The notes below the pieces were generated by a model that saw only the letters and a list, made by a program, of their open reading frames with translations, was not told where the DNA came from and did no database searches. Made by a program: the position numbers and the translations under genes. DNA of 61,875 bases, filler included, from Jimgerdemannia flammicorona (taxonomy: Eukaryota), in assembly GCA_003990765.1 (NCBI GenBank). It is 3 parts of 3 records of this genome, joined end to end, with 100 filler letters (N's around TTAATTAATTAA, not from the genome) between each part and the next. Parts side by side here need not be neighbours in the genome. Positions count along the whole stretch, not along the records: positions 41,321 to 61,875 come from RBNJ01001653.1; 2 more parts are not named here. One strand, written 5' to 3'. Of the stretch, positions 60,593 to 61,875 are shown piece by piece; the first letter of the stretch is position 1; the number at the start of each line of letters is the position of its first letter.

Positions 60593-61807
60593 ATGCATAC
60601 ATTTTGCATGCTATTAATATCCAAATTTTCACCATTATTGTTTCAGACATTCTTTACAACTCTATGGTGTTTTCATGCAATATTATTGTTCTGATTTTCA
60701 AATTAGACCACTTAACATTTTCCTCAATAACTTAGTGAGTTTTCAGTCGATTTTGATGATCCTGGTGCCATTGGAAAGTCATTCTCAAGAGCTTTTCAAA
60801 GATACCAAGTACGTTAAAATCGGATGAAAATTCACCGAGTTATCAAGGAAAATGTCCAACTTGCCAAGTCCGAAACGAACATTTTCCTCAAAATCTCAGT
60901 GAATTTTCATCCGGTTTTAACGTTTATGATATCATTGTGAAGCTCTCTATAATAGCTTTCCAATGACACCAAGATCATCAAAATCGGATGAAAACTCACT
61001 GAGTTATTGAGGAAAACGTTTGGTGGTCTAATTGGTAAGACAACAGCAAGTATCAATAACATAAAAAGAACTCTCAAAAAGGCCAATATATGTATGTAAG
61101 CAAAAAAAAAACCGCTTTTGCTGCCTTGTCACATCAAGGCACAATACAAATTTGCAACATAAAGATTGAACCATGATAGCTATAAATGGATATAGGCAAG
61201 GCGCAACCTTGAAACCGAACTATGTGACCAGAACTCTAAAATTCGGTGGCCTCAATAACTCAGTGAGTTTTCATCCGATTTTGATGATCTTGGTGTCATT
61301 GGAAAGCTATTATAGAGAGCTTCACAATGATATTATAAACGTTAAAATCGGATGAAAATTCACTGAGATTTTGAGGAAAATGTTCGTTTCGGACTCAGTG
61401 AGTTGGACATTTTCCTTGATAACTCAGTGAATTTTCATCCGATTTTAACATCCTTGGTATCTTTGAAAGGCTCTTGAGAATGACTTTCCAATGGCACTAG
61501 GATCATCAAAATCAACTGAAAACTCACTAAGTTATTGAGGAAAATGTTAAGTGGTCTAATTTGGAAATCAGAACAATGAAACTAAATTGATATTGTGTGA
61601 AAACACTATAGAGTTGTAAAGAATGTCAGAAATAATAATGGTGAAAATTTGGATATTAATAGCATGCAAAATGTATGCATCAAAAAAAAAAAAAAAAAAA
61701 AAGGTCTATATATTGAGAAGGGTCAAAATAGTACCAATGGATAATTTAACTTAAAATGGTTATATTAATATTCATAATTATCTAAATATAATAAAATACA
61801 TACTATT
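60293..61807. mobile_element. Foldback-like non-autonomous element with long inverted arms (~60415-61012 and ~61250-61807)
   Basis: The arms mirror each other, including a poly-T/poly-A tract. The left end TA|CAGTGACAGTCAAAAG resembles a Tc1/mariner terminus. The right arm is cut at ~61807 by unrelated purine-rich sequence. Confidence 0.8.
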
Positions 61808-61875
61808 CAGATATGGAGTGCAGGCTGGTGGGTGAGGGGGATCGCTGGGAGGGCTTGAGATCTCAGCTAGTGGGG

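Overview
Eukaryotic, intron-containing genomic DNA, most likely from an early-diverging fungus (Mucoromycota-type; inferred from gene content and intron style). It consists of three sequence blocks joined by artificial 100-nt N/TTAATTAATTAA spacers (20565-20664, 41221-41320). CpG-rich genic islands alternate sharply with CpG-depleted, transition-riddled transposon clusters. Mobile content: a full-length decayed Ty3/Gypsy element (2365-11171) with a dUTPase between protease and RT, and 1.55-kb LTRs that each carry a ~275-codon ORF; a younger internally deleted relative (20665-24766, minus strand) with a similar ORF downstream of pol; a Copia relic interrupted by nested L1/Tx1-type LINEs; further Gypsy fragments; a TIR-bounded relic; and a foldback-like long-inverted-repeat element. 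Host genes: a small WWE-domain ORF, tRNA-Pro(TGG) plus a duplicated half-copy, the 3' end of CASP/COY1, a 6-exon Frizzled/Smoothened-like GPCR with a cysteine-rich domain, a multi-repeat Myb pseudogene, and a 9-exon PZP/AT-hook/coiled-coil chromatin protein. The best candidates for novelty are the accessory-gene system of the dUTPase Gypsy family (an LTR-embedded ORF with its own TATA box, a post-pol ORF, a Cys/His module and a non-canonical primer site) and a RIP-like, repeat-restricted C>T hypermutation pattern. All alignments and translations were done by eye; element boundaries are approximate unless stated.
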